Shown here piece after piece: positions 1 through 13,883 of a stretch of 64,000 bases of DNA (position 1 is the first letter of the stretch; each line of letters opens with the position of its first letter). Under the pieces are notes generated by a model. That model had not been told where the DNA came from. It saw nothing but the letters and a program-made list of their open reading frames with translations, and did not search any database. A program made the position numbers and the translations under genes. This DNA comes from Heterodontus francisci (taxonomy: Eukaryota): NCBI RefSeq assembly GCF_036365525.1, contig NW_027141721.1, forward strand, positions 248,001-312,000, written 5' to 3'.

Positions 1-742
1 CATCTTCCCTGTCCAATTGCTCCCACTCCCTGTTCTTTCTGAATAACCCTGCTCTTGATCTTGCAGCTTGTCTGCCTCCTTCCCGACATGACAACAGTGA
101 CTGCACGTCAAAATGTATTTGACTGGTTAAGGCTTGAGTGAAGCAGAGAACTGTCGGGCCGAATGGCGCGGATCTTTGCATTAACTTCCATCTAGTTCTG
201 TGCCACAAGCGCCAACACGAGTCGAGTAGGAGAATATAACTAATGACTGAAACAGGTTCAGTATCTGACAATGAAACGCCTGCAGAATCAGTGCTTGCAG
301 TTGCACCTGGAGCCACTAGGTGCCAGTGTTACTCCACTGTAGCCGCTGCCCAGAACATGCTCAGACAGAGTGAGCTTTACCCACAGCAGCTCCACAGGTC
401 AACTTGGCTGCTTCTGAAATGTTTCACTTCTCAACTATTTCACAGACACACAAAAAAAAAAACGCAGTTGGACTTCATCATGTTTGGTCTTTAATAGTGA
501 CCAGAGCACCCCGGATTCGCCTGAGGCCTCCTTAGCTCAGCCCATGAAATGACCTGTCAACATGTCAACATGTGGGAGCCAATGAACCATCAGGAATTTG
601 CACCCCCTCCCTCCCCCCAATGGGAACATGAAACAGTGGGGAGGAGGAGACAGTAAATGTCACTCAGAACATTGAGATTTTCTGCAATAAACCAGCTCAG
701 TGATTTCACACAATGAACACATGGATCTGTCTCCCTCCAGAG

Positions 743-1636
743 ATGACTGTGTCTCACCTCTGCGTTGTGTTGCTGGTGTTAAGGGGTAAGGTGGACCTCG
801 ACTGGGAGATGTCAGTCATCTTCACTGCTCTTTCCCTGTGTGACCCCATTGGGAGTTTACCCCCTTACAAGGCACCGTCACTGTGATTGTTAATTTAGCT
901 GCTCTCTTTCTCTTTTTGTATCCCTTTCTCTATCTCTCTTTCTCTCTGTCTAACAATAAATGTTCCTCTATGTCTGTCCCTCCCAGTCTCCCTGTCTCTC
1001 TGTCTCTCTTACTCTCTCTCCCTGTCCTCTTAGCTCCTTCATGTCTGTTGCCGATGTCTAGAATGTTGCTGTTTTTCTCTCTCTGTCTGTGCTTCCCTCT
1101 CTCTCTCTCTCTCTGTCTCTGCTTCTCTCCTTTTCTCTCACTCTTTTTCACTCTATGTCTCTCTCTCTCTTTGCAGCTCCCCGTCTCCCACCTCTCCCTT
1201 CTTACGAAGAAACACGGGACATTTAGGGCACACAGCAGGTCATTCAGCCCATCGTGCCTCTCCCCTCTTCGTGGCCGATGTCAATTTAAACATTGTCCCT
1301 GGGTTTATCTCTCTCTCTCTCTCTCTCTGTTTTACAGATGTGGGGGCCGTGTTGATGCAACAGATTCCCGCTTCCATATCCTATTCCCCAGGCTCTCCAG
1401 TCAGTATCCAGTGTATTTACACAAAGGCAGATGCTGGCTCCGATATCCACTGGTACCCGTGGCATCCGGACCGTGAGCCCGAGAACCTTTTCTATTCCAC
1501 CTCTGCTGGAACAGTCATTCCCTCCAGAGAGGTTGGCGGTTTCACCGCCAGGAGACCCAGCAACACCCATTTTTCCCTGGAGTCCACCAGCCTGTGGGTG
1601 AATCAATCAGCCGTGTATTACTGTGCCTGGAGTCTG
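743..1636 (+). CDS. TRBV: TCR beta V segment V1 (leader exon 743-785, V exon 1338-1636), CAWS family A
   Basis: Leader MTVSHLCVVLLVLR/G then GT at 786; acceptor tttacag; Ig V domain (C..WYP..YYCAWSL); RSS CACAGTG 1637-1643, 23 bp, GCAAAAACT 1667-1675. Confidence 0.92.
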
Positions 1637-2794
1637 CACAGTGACTCAGAAAGGTGCCAGATTTCAGCAAAAACTCTAAAGGGGGAGGAAAGCACTTGTG
1701 GGAGATGAACCCGTCTGTCTATCTCAGTGTCTTTCTGTCTCTCTGACTATCTGCAGGTTTCTGTNNNNNNNNNNNNNNNNNNNNNNNNNNNNNNNNNNNN
1801 NNNNNNNNNNNNNNNNNNNNNNNNNNNNNNNNNNNNNNNNNNNNNNNNNNNNNNNNNNNNNNNNNNNNNNNNNNNNNNNNNNNNNNNNNNNNNNNNNNNN
1901 NNNNNNNNNNNNNNNNNNNNNNNNNNNNNNNNNNNNNNNNNNNNNNNNNNNNNNNNNNNNNNGGTTATTTGCACTATTTATCTATCTATTTACCTTGATT
2001 ATATATATATTTGTCATCGATTTATCTCTCCGTCTCTCACCTCTCTAAATATGCATCCACCATACATCTGACGTTTATCATCTATCTAACACCATTATTT
2101 ACACCATACCAGTTTAATTATTGATGCATCATGATTTGTATTTTACTGATAGTTTCACCTTCTTGCTCTCCTTCGACTCAGAGTACATCAATACATTATG
2201 AATTATTAAAAATGCTGCAGCAATGTGCTCAGATCCTTCTCGTTCAGGCAGCCTCTACCTGTAAAGAACAGATTCCGAGGTGGGGTAAATGGGTTTATGG
2301 TCCTGTTGAATGAGCTGTCGGTGGTATGTGACAAGAGTTACACATAGCTCCCTATTGTACATGTCCACGATGATTCATACAATGCAAAAGTGAGACACCT
2401 CCCCAGAGAGGTCTCTCACTGGAAGACCTGCCTCCTGACGGCGGTTTGAGCATCTGTTCAAAACAGTTAACCCACTTCTTCATGACACTGTCGCTTTTCA
2501 AAGTATCTAAGATTTCACCCCAATGTAAAACATAACCCTTGAATTGTCGTTTAGCACAGGGAAAAGAGCTACCCAATGCAACACCAATCAGACACAAGCA
2601 ACGAGAGCCAGATACAGACGGGAAGCATTTCCTTATTCAAGCTCCTTCCGACCAGTGGGTGTTATTATTCTGTCATACCCAGAAGTGAGGGGTCAGAAGG
2701 AAACCCTGCTTCCAGTGCTGTCATTTCCACTCTCTGCTTTATCTTCAGCCGCCTGATATTGGTTCATGAACAGATTCAGCCCTCAGTCTGCAGG

Positions 2795-3610
2795 ATGCAG
2801 TTAGTCAAACTCTTCCTAATCGTCTGTTCTCTTCTTCCATGTAGGTATTCATCGTTCATAAAGATACCTGTGCTAAAATACATGCTGTGTTTTCATTCAC
2901 TACTAACTTCTATCAAACTAGATTGATAAAACATCATTGCAGTCGATTTTCTGTCATTTCTTAAACTACTTACTTTACTTTCACTGTCAATAATATTTAC
3001 TTAATGAAATTTATGACTGAATAAAAATTACTTATATATTCGTGACGCTACTATACCTATCTTTAACCGATAAGTTTTCCCTAATTCTGGATTAATTTGT
3101 CTGTCTCATATCACTTGCTACATTATTTTACAATCTCTTTATCTATCTGTGTATTATCTATATATCTACAAATATATCATTTAACGATATATTGTCTGCC
3201 TATATAGTTATCTAGTATTATCTACTTATCTATTTGGATAGTTATAGTTGGTTATCATATGTCACAATATGTTCTAAACTTTTTAAACTATTCTCCTTAT
3301 TTCTCAAGGCAAAACTCTAGCAGAGGTGATACACCAGTGGCCAACTCTGGTGGTGGGGAAGAGAGGTGAACCAGCAGAATTAAACTGTTACCAGAATGAC
3401 AGTAGTAAGAGCGTTATGCTGTGGTATCGGCAGTATGCCGGGCAGGGGCTCACCCTAATGGGTCATTTTATTAATGGAATCCCAGTCACATACGAAGGAA
3501 AATTTGAGGAGGAGGTGAAGATTTTAAGGCCCAAGGAGAGACGATGCAGCCTGAGGGTCCTCAAGGTTAAGGCTGCGGATGCGGCAGTGTATTACTGTGC
3601 AGCCAGTGAG
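2795..3610 (+). CDS. TRBV: TCR beta V segment V2 (leader 2795-2840, V exon 3309-3610)
   Basis: Leader MQLVKLFLIVCSLLP; V exon EVIHQWP..LNC..WYRQ..DAAVYYCAASE; RSS CACAGCG 3611-3617, 23 bp, GCAAAAACC 3641-3649. Confidence 0.93.
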
Positions 3611-3989
3611 CACAGCGCTGCAGACTGCCTTAGTGCCAGTGCAAAAACCAACAGGGTGAACAACACAACTGACTGACAGACAGGAGCAGTGACAATGGTT
3701 CCCTGCCACACCAGCCATTTTCCAAGCTGGTGATTCCCGGATTCCTGAACCTTCATCAAGGGCTGAATGACAGGGAATAGCAGAAGGTACGAGGAAGAGA
3801 GAGAAGGAAAGAAAGAGATGTGCCTCAGATCCCCTGCAAAATTTCAAAGTCCTCGTCTACACTGTTTAATTTCTGGCACTGTGTACGTTAAAACTAAATC
3901 ACTGTCGCTGTCTCATACTTGATTAAATAATAGGTTAATTAATGATCTAAATAAGACAGAAAGTTAACATCACCATTGTGAAGTGATCG

Positions 3990-4520
3990 ATAGAGTATCA
4001 ATCATCTACAAGGTACAAGTCAGGAGTGTGATGGAATACTCTCCACTTGCCTGGATGGGTGCAGCTCCAACTGCACTCAGGAAGCTCAACACCATCCAGG
4101 AAAAAGCAGCCCTCTTGATCAGCAACCCATCTACTACCTTCAACACTCACTCCCTTTATCACATGGCAGAAGTGTGTACCATCGACAAGATGCACTGCAG
4201 CAAAGCATCGAGTGTCCTTAGACAGCACCTTCCAAACCAACCAACTGTACCAACTAGAAGGACAAGGGCAGCAAATACATGGGGGCACCACCACCTGCAA
4301 GTTCCCCTCCAAGTCACACACCATCCTGACTTGGAACTATATCACCGTTTCTTCACTGACACTGGGTCAAAATCCGGGAACTCCCTTCCCAACAGCACTG
4401 TGGGTGTACCTACCCCCCATGGCTCAAGAAGGCAGCTCACCACCACCTTCTCAAGGGTAATCAGTGTTGTGAAATAATTGCTGGCCTTGTGAAAGAAACT
4501 CACGTCCCATGAAGGAATAA
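3990..4520 (+). mobile_element. 3' fragment of non-LTR retrotransposon (CR1/L2 clade)
   Basis: RT C-terminal peptide YKVQVRSVMEYSPLAW..KLNTIQEKA; related copies at 29740-30300 (-) and 39150-39680 (+). Confidence 0.75.
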
Positions 4521-4824
4521 GAAAAAAAGTTATATCAGGTCTTTCACGACTTCAAGACGCCCCAAGACAGTTAACAGCCAATTAAGAACTGGAAAATGAT
4601 AGTCAGATCCTCTGCTACTTCTTCTCTTGCTTTGATTTTTTTTTATTCATTCTGGGGACCTGGGTCCCTCTGAGAAGGCCAGTAGTTATTCAACATCGCT
4701 AATTGCCCTGGAGAAGGTGTGTGCTGCCTTGTAGATAACTGAAGAGTTTGCTAGGTCATTTCAGAGAGCAGTGTACTTAAAACACGGAAGCCAATTGGTG
4801 TACAGCACCATGCCATAGGCAGCA

Positions 4825-4865
4825 TAGACAGGCAGATAGATAGCTAGGAAGGCAGACAGGCAGAT

Positions 4866-4915
<50 letters not shown>

Positions 4916-5190
4916 CAGATAGATAGACAGACAGACAGTCAGACAGATAGATAAAAAGACAGATAGGTAGACAGATAGATAGACAAATAGTCAAATAGAT
5001 TGTTAGATAGACAGACAGATATGCAGATAGGTAGATATGAAGACAGACAGACGGATTCATACAGATAGAGAGACAAATTGACACAGATAGACAGACAGAC
5101 ACACAGCCATGCAGATATATAGATAGAGAGAAAGATAGACAGATAGCTACAGAGATAGATAGATAGCTGTATAGATAAATAGACAGAGAT
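4825..5190. repeat. (GATA)n/(GACA)n microsatellite
   Basis: Directly visible tandem repeats. Confidence 0.95.
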
Positions 5191-5334
5191 CTTTTTCTCC
5201 CTTTCTCCATCTATCTCTATCACTGCCTCTCTTTTACTCTAACTGTTTTTCACCATATCATCCTCTCTGACTCTGTCTCGCACTATGTCTCTCTCTCATT
5301 CCTTGGCACTTTCACATACACTCTATCACTCCAA

Positions 5335-6925
5335 TAGAATCGTAGAAAGTTTAAGGCACAGCAAGAGGCCAATTGGCCCATCGTGTCTGTGGCGGCTGAA
5401 AAACAATCCACCTATTCAAATCACACCTTCCAGCATTTGGTCCATAGCCCTGCAGATTACGGCACTTGAGGTGCATATCCAGACTCCTTTGAATGAGTTG
5501 AGAGTGTCTGCCTCAACTACCCTTTCAGGCAGCGAGTACCAGACCCCCACCACTTCTAAGGTTTTCCTTTTCTCCCCTCCAATTCTTCTAACAATCACAT
5601 AAAATCTCTTCCCCCTCGTCACTGATCTCTCTGCCAAGATGAATAGACCTTTCACCTCCATTCTATCCAGGCCCCTTCAATATTTTTTACATTTCTAACA
5701 GACCTCCCCTCAGCTTTCTCTGTTCCAAGGAGAACAACCCCAGCCTATCCAATCTTTCCGCACAGCTGCATTTTCCAGTTCTGGCAACATCCTCGTAAAT
5801 CCCCTCTGTACCCTCTCCAGTGCAATTACATTCTTTCTGCATTGAGGTGACCAGTACTGCACACAGTACTCAAGTTGTGGCCTAACCAATGATGTATACA
5901 GTTCCAGCATAACCTCCCTGTTCGTGTATTCCATACCTCAGCTAATAAAGGAACGGATTCCATATGCCTTCTTAACCAACTTATCGACCTGTCCTGCTAC
6001 CTTCAGTAATCTGGAGACATTCACTCCAAGTTCCCTCACTTCCTCTACACTTCTCAGTATTTTCCCATTAATCGTATGTTCCTTTGCCTTGTTTGACCTC
6101 CCCAAATGCATCACCTCACACCTCTCCAAGTTGGATTCCATTTGCCACTCTTCTGCCCATCTGACAAGACCATCAATATCTTCCTGCAGCCTACAGCTAT
6201 CCACCTCGCGATCTACCACACGGCTAATCCTTGTGTTGTCTGCATACATCTTGAAAATGCCCCCCTACATTTACATCCAAATCGTTAATACATACCACAA
6301 AAAGCAGGGAATCCAGTGCTGAGCCCTGTGGAACGCCACTGGGAACAGCCCTCCAGTCGCTAAAACACCCATCAACAATTACCCTTTGTTTCCTGCCACT
6401 AAGCCAATTTTGTATCCACCTTGCTGCATTTCCCTTGATCCCATGGGATTTTGTTTTTTTTGAACCAGTCTGCCATGTGCAGCCTTTTCAAAAGCCTTGC
6501 TAAAATCCATGTAGACCACGTCAACTGCACTACCCTCATCTATCTTCCTTGTTACTTCTTCAAAAAATTAGATCAAGTTGATAAAACAAGATCGTCCCTT
6601 AACAAATCTATGCTGTCTATCCTTGATTAACCCATGCCTTTCTAAGTGACAGTTTTTCCTGTCTCCCAGAATAGATTGCAATAATTTTCTCACTACTGAG
6701 GTCAGACTGACTGGCCTGTAATTAGTCAGTCTATCCTTCTCTCCCTTTTTAAACGGAGGCACAACATTAACAATTCTCCAATCCTCCGGCACCACACCTG
6801 TGAGGACTGCAAAAAGATGGTCAGACCCTCTGCTATTTCTTCTCTTGCTTCTTTTTGCAGCTTCGGATTCATTTCATCCGGCCCTGGTGATTTATCAACT
6901 TTCAAGGATGCTAATCCAAATAATG
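5335..6925 (-). mobile_element. CR1 LINE fragment (degenerate ORF2 reverse transcriptase to 3' UTR)
   Basis: Minus-strand peptides PEDWRIVNVVP..YRPVSLTS, YADNT..LQEDID, LVRPQLEYCVQYW..LERVQR; paralog at 41130-42725. Confidence 0.9.
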
Positions 6926-6995
6926 TTTCCTCCCTCAGCTTCGCTCCCTTAAACCCAGAGCAACCAGCAGAAAGTGTCTTAATTCCGCCGCAAAC

Positions 6996-7042
6996 ATGCC
7001 ATTCAATTTCATCGACGTTTGCTATTTTCCTTCTGTCGCTGA
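6996..7042 (+). pseudogene. Orphan frameshifted V leader exon (V3/V16 family), no V exon follows
   Basis: Homologous to leader 8087-8132 with a 1-nt insertion; intron homology continues to about 7330 then stops. Confidence 0.75.
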
Positions 7043-8086
7043 GTATGTTTAAATTCTGTCACAATCACTGTTCTACATTTGATCAACTGATTAATGATCT
7101 CAACAAGACTGTGCGGCGGTGACTTGTGAAATCAGCAATCAATTATTGAATATAAGACAGTGAACTCATTAATCTGTTCCCCCTTTTTTGGCAACAAAAG
7201 TGTGAAGAATATACTGTTAACCATATAACATCTACACCCACTTTTGCTCATGTAGATTTCACTCTTCTGCTTTACATCTGTACAGATACTGGCAGGAAAT
7301 TAGGACAAAGACTGAATTTGTATCGTTAATTCTGCGGGTAATAATCCTCTGCAGGAGAGGATGAAACACTGAGAAGGAGGATGAATTTCGGGAATTGACT
7401 TGAAGAAGCCCACAGCATGGGTTTCACTGGGAAAGTAACAAACACAGCTTGTTGCAGTTGCACCATGCTGCCACTGGTCGGCGCAGTGGCTTCACTATAT
7501 TTCGCGCCACCACAGGCTTTGGCGCCGCTGATCAATGAGTCAATTCCTCTGCTTCCGCAATCTTTTCACTTTAAAGGCTAAATGCAGTTAGATTTCCACT
7601 TTACAGTGATGTTATATGAGCCGCCGCCGCTGCCATCGAACTATCCACCTTCTCTTCCTCCACTACTGATTTTAATTTGCAAAAGGATGTTAATAATCCC
7701 CTGTTGTGCGCCATAAGCTCTGGAGTCACCCAAAGCAGCTATCGTTGCACCGCTCCTTGCTTTTTTCACCTACCCTCTCCAACACCTCGCTACCTTCAAA
7801 ATTTCCCTCGATTCAGCATGAAAGCAAGCTCACAAAGGGAAGAGAGTGAAGATATTGGCAGCAGAGTAGAAAGTGGGGAGGAAGGAGGGAAATGGAGAGA
7901 AGAAACAAGTGGAAAGGGGCGGAAGGAAGCAAACAAAAGAATGGGGGACAACTTAAAGGTAGGGGCGGGGATCATTGCCTTGAGATAACTTCCTCTGATG
8001 ACGATCCGCTCTGCCTACACCTCATCTCTCTCCCTCCCTTAAAACCCAGAGTAACCAGCAGAAAGTCTCTCAGATCCACAGCAAAC

Positions 8087-8808
8087 ATGTCTTTCAGTTT
8101 CATCGTCTTTGCTATTTCCCTTCTGGCGCTGAGTAGGTTAAAATTCTGTCCCAATCAATCTTCTACATTTGTTTAACTGAAAGGGATGATTAATAATCTC
8201 TATAAAACTGAGCGGCGGTGACTTGTGAAATCAGTAATCGATTATTTCATATCAGACAGTGAACTCATTCATCTGTCCCCTAGTTCGGGAAGACAAGTGT
8301 TATTAATATGATGTTAACTCTTTAATGTTTGCACCCACTTGCAAACTTGTGGATTCCACGATTCTATTTTACAGTTGTAAAGATCCAGGTGCTTGCAGGA
8401 AATTAGGACACAGACCGAATTTCCGTCGTTAATTCGGTGCAACACCGACGTCCATCGTCTCAATTGTAACTCCATCGATACTAGTTCATTCACTCTAATT
8501 TCTCTTTCTAGGTGATGTGATACATCAATGGCCTCAGTCACTGGCTGTTAAACAACCAGGACCCGTGGAAATTAACTGTCTGCAGAAAGGAACAGTTCGC
8601 AACTACATGTACTGGTATCGTCAGTCCCCCGGCGGAGGATTCCTGTTAATCGGGTTTACCTATACAGCAGGTGAACCTCAGTATGAAGATGGATTTAAGA
8701 GCGGGTTTGTTATTACCAGGACTCTGAACAATAAGAAATCCACTCTGACGATCGAGAGTGTGAACGCCACGGACGAGGCGGTGTATTTCTGTGCAGCTGG
8801 TGATGGGA
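8087..8808 (+). CDS. TRBV: TCR beta V segment V3 (leader 8087-8132, V exon 8512-8808)
   Basis: Leader MSFSFIVFAISLLAL; DVIHQWP..INC..WYRQ..DEAVYFCAAGDG; RSS CACAGCG 8809-8815, 23 bp, ACAAAAACC 8839-8847. Confidence 0.92.
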
Positions 8809-9049
8809 CACAGCGGTTCAGAGTCATTGGCCGCCTTGACAAAAACCCTCACACGTCTCCCTTCAAACGGGTGCATTTAACCCAGCATTCCGTGAAGAGC
8901 AGCCCTGGCTGATCGGATGCGGATCTGCACCTGTTCAGTGCCCGTTCGAGTGGCAGAACGCCCATGTTCTAACTCCCCACAACCTCCAGACAGGCAACAC
9001 ACACTGTCTGTGCCCACACCTGAATAATGGTTCATAGAACGGCTCTTCA

Positions 9050-10420
9050 ACACGTACCTCTGTCAGACCACACCTGGAGCACTGTGCACAATTCTCAGTT
9101 CAATATGCCTGTGTAGACGACATCTGAAGTGCTGGGGACAGTTCTTACATCCAAATACCTTACCTAGTGCGCATTTGGAGCCCTGTGTACAGTTCTGGTT
9201 TCCATCGACCTTGATTGGACCAAATCTGCAGTGCTGTGCAGAGTGCTGGTCTCCATATTACACAGAGAGATACGAGCAGAAGTACAAAAACGATTTACAA
9301 GAATGATACCGGAGCACAAAAGGTTATAACTATGAGGAAAGATTGAAAAGTCTGGGATTCTTTTCCCCAGTCAAGAGAAGGCTGAGGGGTGACCTGATAG
9401 AGGTGCTCAAGATTATGAAAGAATATGACAGGGCAGAGAAGATGTCTGCATTTGTGAGGAAGGTAATGAATACATCATACTCACTAATAACTCCAAGAAA
9501 TGAATTTACACAGAGTGGTAAGAATGTGGAATTCGCTAGCACACAGAAAAATGATGTGTATAACCAGATATATATAAATGGATGCTGGATAAAAACATTA
9601 GGGAGCAGGAAATAGCACGTCATACTGATAGGGCTGGTTGAAGACATTGTTCATGTTCTTTCATCGGATGTGGGAATAAAATGTGAGAATAAGCTAACCA
9701 GCAATATAAAAACAGATGGTCGGAGCTTTTACATAAAAAGCAAGAGAGTAGCTGAAGCTGACGTTGGTTCCTTCGAGGTAAAGGCAGGTGAAATCATCAT
9801 GAGGAATGGGGAAATAGCAGGGGAATTGAACTAATATTTTGTGCTTGTCTTCACAGTTGAAGACACAAGTTCCATCCCAGAAATAGGCAGTTATCTGGGG
9901 CTTAAAAAGAGTGAGGAAATTAAGGATATTCATATCAATTGAGAAAAACTTTTGGAGAAACCTGAGGGATTAAAATCTGACAAGTCCCCTGGAACAGATG
10001 GATTATATACCAGAGTTCTAAAAGAGATAGCTGCAGAGAGAGTGTGGGCGCTGGTTATGATTTGCCAGAATTCCTTAGATTCAGGAATGGTCCCATCGGA
10101 ATGAAAGTTAACAAATGTTCCACGGCTTTTCAAGAAAAGAGGCAGTGAGAAATCTCAGGATAAGGGATCAGTCATTCCGGACTGAGATGAGGAGAAATGA
10201 CTTCACTCAAAGGTTTGTGAAACTTTGGATTTCTCTACCCCAGAGTGTTGTGGATGCTCCTTCACTGAATACATTTAAGGCTGGAATTTTTGATCCCTCA
10301 GGAAATGAAGGGATATGGGGAGCAGGCAGGAAAGTGGAATTGAAGCCCAAGATCAGCCATGATTGTATTGAATGACGGAGCAGGCTCGATGGGATATATT
10401 GTCTTCACCCGCTCCAATTT
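9050..10420 (+). mobile_element. Cluster of degraded CR1 LINE fragments
   Basis: Peptides RRLRGDLIEVLKIMK, LKSDKSPGTDG..RVLKE, FRTEMRRNDFTQR. Confidence 0.75.
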
Positions 10421-11224
10421 CTTGTGTTCTGTGGGTCTCAAGTCACATGTAGGCCAGACCAGGTAAGGACGGTGGATTTCCTTCCCTAAAAGAAATGAGT
10501 GAGCCAGCTGGGTGTCAGGGCCCCTTAACAGAGACAAGCTTTCAATTGCAGATTTTCTGATGAAATGATTGTATTTATTCATTAATTGAATTTAAATTCC
10601 ACCATCTGACCTGGTAAGATTCTAACGCATGTCCCGTAGAGATTCACCCCGGCCTAATTCGATGTCACCAGCGTCAGCAGCCGAAGCAATGGATAAAAAA
10701 TGGGAAGACGGAGCAATTACAAAGCATGTCTTCATAATGCCTATTTTATCAATTGCACTGTGCAAATCTCAGGTGCCTGTAGTTACACATTACAGCCACG
10801 AGATGGGGATGGAGCTCCACCGCAGTCTGAGTCCCACTTGCTTCTGAAAAGACTGAGCGAGCAAAGCAGCAGTGACTTGACCAATCTACCAAATAGTCAA
10901 TTCCACTAACTCTGAAACAGATTAAAATCATAACCATTCCACCCAAAATAGACAACTGGATTTCCCCAAGTCTGCTCGTTCATAGTGACTGGTTTGAGCA
11001 AACACTTGTGATATACTAAAACAAATGATCTGAAGGAAGTAAAGAGGGGAAGCAAAGTTAGAAAACAGTGAAAGAAAAATGGAGAAGGAGGAATTTCATA
11101 TAAAGAAACACATTCAGGGATGTGCACATCACTGACAATGTCAGTATTCATTATCTATGCCGAATTGCCCTTAACTGAATGACTTGCTCGCCCATTTCAG
11201 AGGCAGTTAACAGTGAACTACATT

Positions 11225-11760
11225 GCTATCAGGTGATGCATTTTGGCAGCAGGGAGACAGAGAGGAAATACAGACTTAATGACACAGGCCTGAAGAGTGT
11301 TCAAGGGCAGAGGGACCTGGGGGTTAATGTGCATAGATCTTTGAAGGTGGCAGGACATATTGAGAGAGAGGTTCACGAAGCTTATGGGATCTTGGGATTC
11401 ATGAACAGAGGTATAAAGTACAAAAGCAGGGTGGTTATGCTCAACATATATGAGGTTCTGGTTAGGCCCCAACTTGAGTACTGAGCCCGGTTCTGGTCAC
11501 CACACTTTCGGAAGGATGTAGGGTCCTTGAGAGGGTGCAGAGGAGATTTACCGGGATGGTTCCAGGGATGAGAGATTTTAGCTACATGGTTAGTTTGGTG
11601 AAGCTGGGGTTGTTCTCCTTGGAGCAAAGGAAATTGAGGGGAGATTTCACAGAAGTGTACAAAATGAAGAGAGGTTTAGATAAAGTAGACAAAGAAAAAC
11701 TGTTCCCATTAGCTGATTGTACAAAGACTAGGGGACGAAGAGGATAGGAACAAAACAGAG
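11225..11760 (+). mobile_element. CR1 LINE fragment
   Basis: Peptides [31 protein letters not shown]. Confidence 0.85.
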
Positions 11761-12190
11761 AATAAAAGCTGAGAAAAACTGAAATCCGATAGGGAGTTGA
11801 GGAGAATTCTTTACCCAAAATACAGAATTCAATGCCAGCAGAAACTGCTAAGACAAAGGCAGGAACAGGAAGGGGCCATTCAGGCCCTCAATTCTGTACC
11901 ACCATTCAATGAGACCATGGCTGATCTGTGATCTAACTCCATGTTCCCACCTTTGCCCCATATCCCTTAATATTTATTTTGGATCACAAAAACCTATCCA
12001 TCTCCGATTTCAAATTAACAATTGATTCAGCATCAATTTCCGTGAGCAGAAGAGAGTTCAAACCTCTCCACCCATTGTGTGTAAAAGTGTTTCCTAATTT
12101 CACTCCTGAAAAGTCTGGCTCTAATTTTTAGTCTTGGCCTCTTAGTCCTAGATTCCCAAACCAGCGGTAATAGTTTCTCTCTATCTACTC

Positions 12191-12317
12191 CCAAAGACTA
12201 AATAAATACGACTTCAAACTGGAGACCTCCAGCCTGCGGGAGAATCACTCGGCCGTGTATTTCTGTGCCTGGAGAGATCACAGTGACTCAGAGAGATGGA
12301 GCAGTTCAACAAAAACA
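12191..12317 (+). pseudogene. TRBV: 5'-truncated V remnant V4 (FR3 only) with intact 23-RSS
   Basis: ..FKLETSSLRENHSAVYFCAWRD; CACAGTG 12279-12285, 23 bp, ACAAAAACA 12309-12317; 5' part replaced by an inverted CR1 3' fragment (about 11860-12190). Confidence 0.88.
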
Positions 12318-12709
12318 TCAAAGGCAGCAGGAAACACCTGTTTCAGATAAAATTGCTCGGTACCTTGACCTACCGTTCCCTGATGCAGAGTGATAGCGTT
12401 TATTGCAATAAAAAGAGTTGAGTTATGATTGTAGTGACACACTAGATTTACAGGTACTGCCGAGGGTGCAGAGAACGATTAATAAGGATGTCACGAGATT
12501 TCAGAATGTAACTATCAGGAATCAATGACAATAATCTGGGTATTCATACACTGACCCTGTGTTGACCTTCTCCACAGGGACAGCAGAGGGGGATCCAGGA
12601 CCATAGACCGGACAATGGCTTTGAGAAGGATTTAGTGAGAAAACTAATAGAGCAGGAGATCATGCAGATCCAGCTTGATATACATCAACAGGACAAGGAC
12701 ACCCACTCC

Positions 12710-13245
12710 TTTAGAGAGAGACAGAGAGTGTATGTGTGTGAAAGAGAGAGCGAGATCCAGTGAGAGAGAGGAAAAACGACAGGTAGAGTTAAAGAGACTG
12801 AGACAGAGAGGGAGACAGAGATAGAGGCAAAGACAGTGAGACAGCAAGAGACACATAATGAGAGAGAGAGAGAGACACTGAGAGAGAGACGGAGAGAAAG
12901 AGAGACTGAGCTAAAGAGCCTGCGACAGATAGGAAGATAGATCAAGAGAGAGACAGAGACAGGGAAATAAACTGAAGAGATAACAAGAGTAAGAGAGAGG
13001 GAGAGTCAGAGAGAAGGAGGGAATGGGAGACATAACCTTAGATACATGAGGAGACAGAGAGTCAGAGAGAAAAAGTGAGCGAAGATAGACTGAGATAGAA
13101 TGGGAGAGAGAGCCTGAGAAAGGAAGAGAGTGGGAGACATAAACCTAGACACATGAGGGGAGAGAGAGAGAGAGACAGAGAGAGAGTGCAAGAGAGCGGA
13201 AGGTAAACTGAGATAGAGATAGATAGAGAGAGAGAGAGAGAAGCA
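12710..13245. repeat. (GA)n-rich low-complexity tract
   Basis: Directly visible. Confidence 0.9.
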
Positions 13246-13430
13246 GAATGGCAGCCAATTCAATTCTGATTTGTTGAACTGGGTGAATGGGCGTCTCCAA
13301 CATTGTATCACATCCTAATGCTCTTCATGTTCCTCCCAATGATTTGAAAAGAGTGGATTTGGACCGTTACAAGACTCGAAGCTCCTGATCTCACTCCTGT
13401 GTCTATTAAGAGAACAGGTTATAGTGAAAG

Positions 13431-13883
13431 ATGTATCAGTTACTGGGTCTGATAATCCTGTTTCATTGTAAGTGAGTGTGAAATACAAAAACTATCGTTA
13501 ATAACTTTCCTCTCTTCTCCCTGTCTCCCTTTCATTCCCAGAAGTTTCCTGTTTACTGATCTGCTCTTCTCTCCATCTCTCTCCCAGATGTGAACTCACA
13601 GACTATCCACCAGACTCCCGCCGCTGTCTCCAGATTGCGTGGAGAGGCAGTGGAACTGAGGTGCACAGTGGAGGGCACCAGTACTGCTGGAATGTACTGG
13701 TACAGACAGTACCCGGGGAAGGAGCCGCTGTTGATGTTTTACTCCAGTACTGCTAACTGTGTGGATCCAGAGGGGATGGTGGGCGGTTTCACCGCCGAGA
13801 GGCCGACTGACTCCCAGTTCAACCTGGAGTCCTCCAGCCTGCGGGAGAATCACTCGGCCGTGTATTTCTGTGCCTGGAGTCCT
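13431..13883 (+). CDS. TRBV: TCR beta V segment V5 (leader 13431-13467, V exon 13588-13883), TRBV30-like; open ORF with defective heptamer
   Basis: Leader MYQLLGLIILFH; SQTIHQ..CTVEGTS..WYRQ..AVYFCAWSP; heptamer AACAGTG 13884-13890, nonamer ACAAAAACC 13914-13922. Confidence 0.9.

Noticed and set aside
883-1330. Long hydrophobic or low-complexity ORFs (also 4761-5223, 40146-41028, 45142-45400, and ORFs spanning N runs)
   Set aside because: Translations of CT/GATA microsatellites, introns or assembly gaps
12577-12593. GGGACAGCAG matching the start of the D segment
   Set aside because: No flanking heptamer/nonamer pair; it overlaps the CTCF-like motif and is probably coincidental
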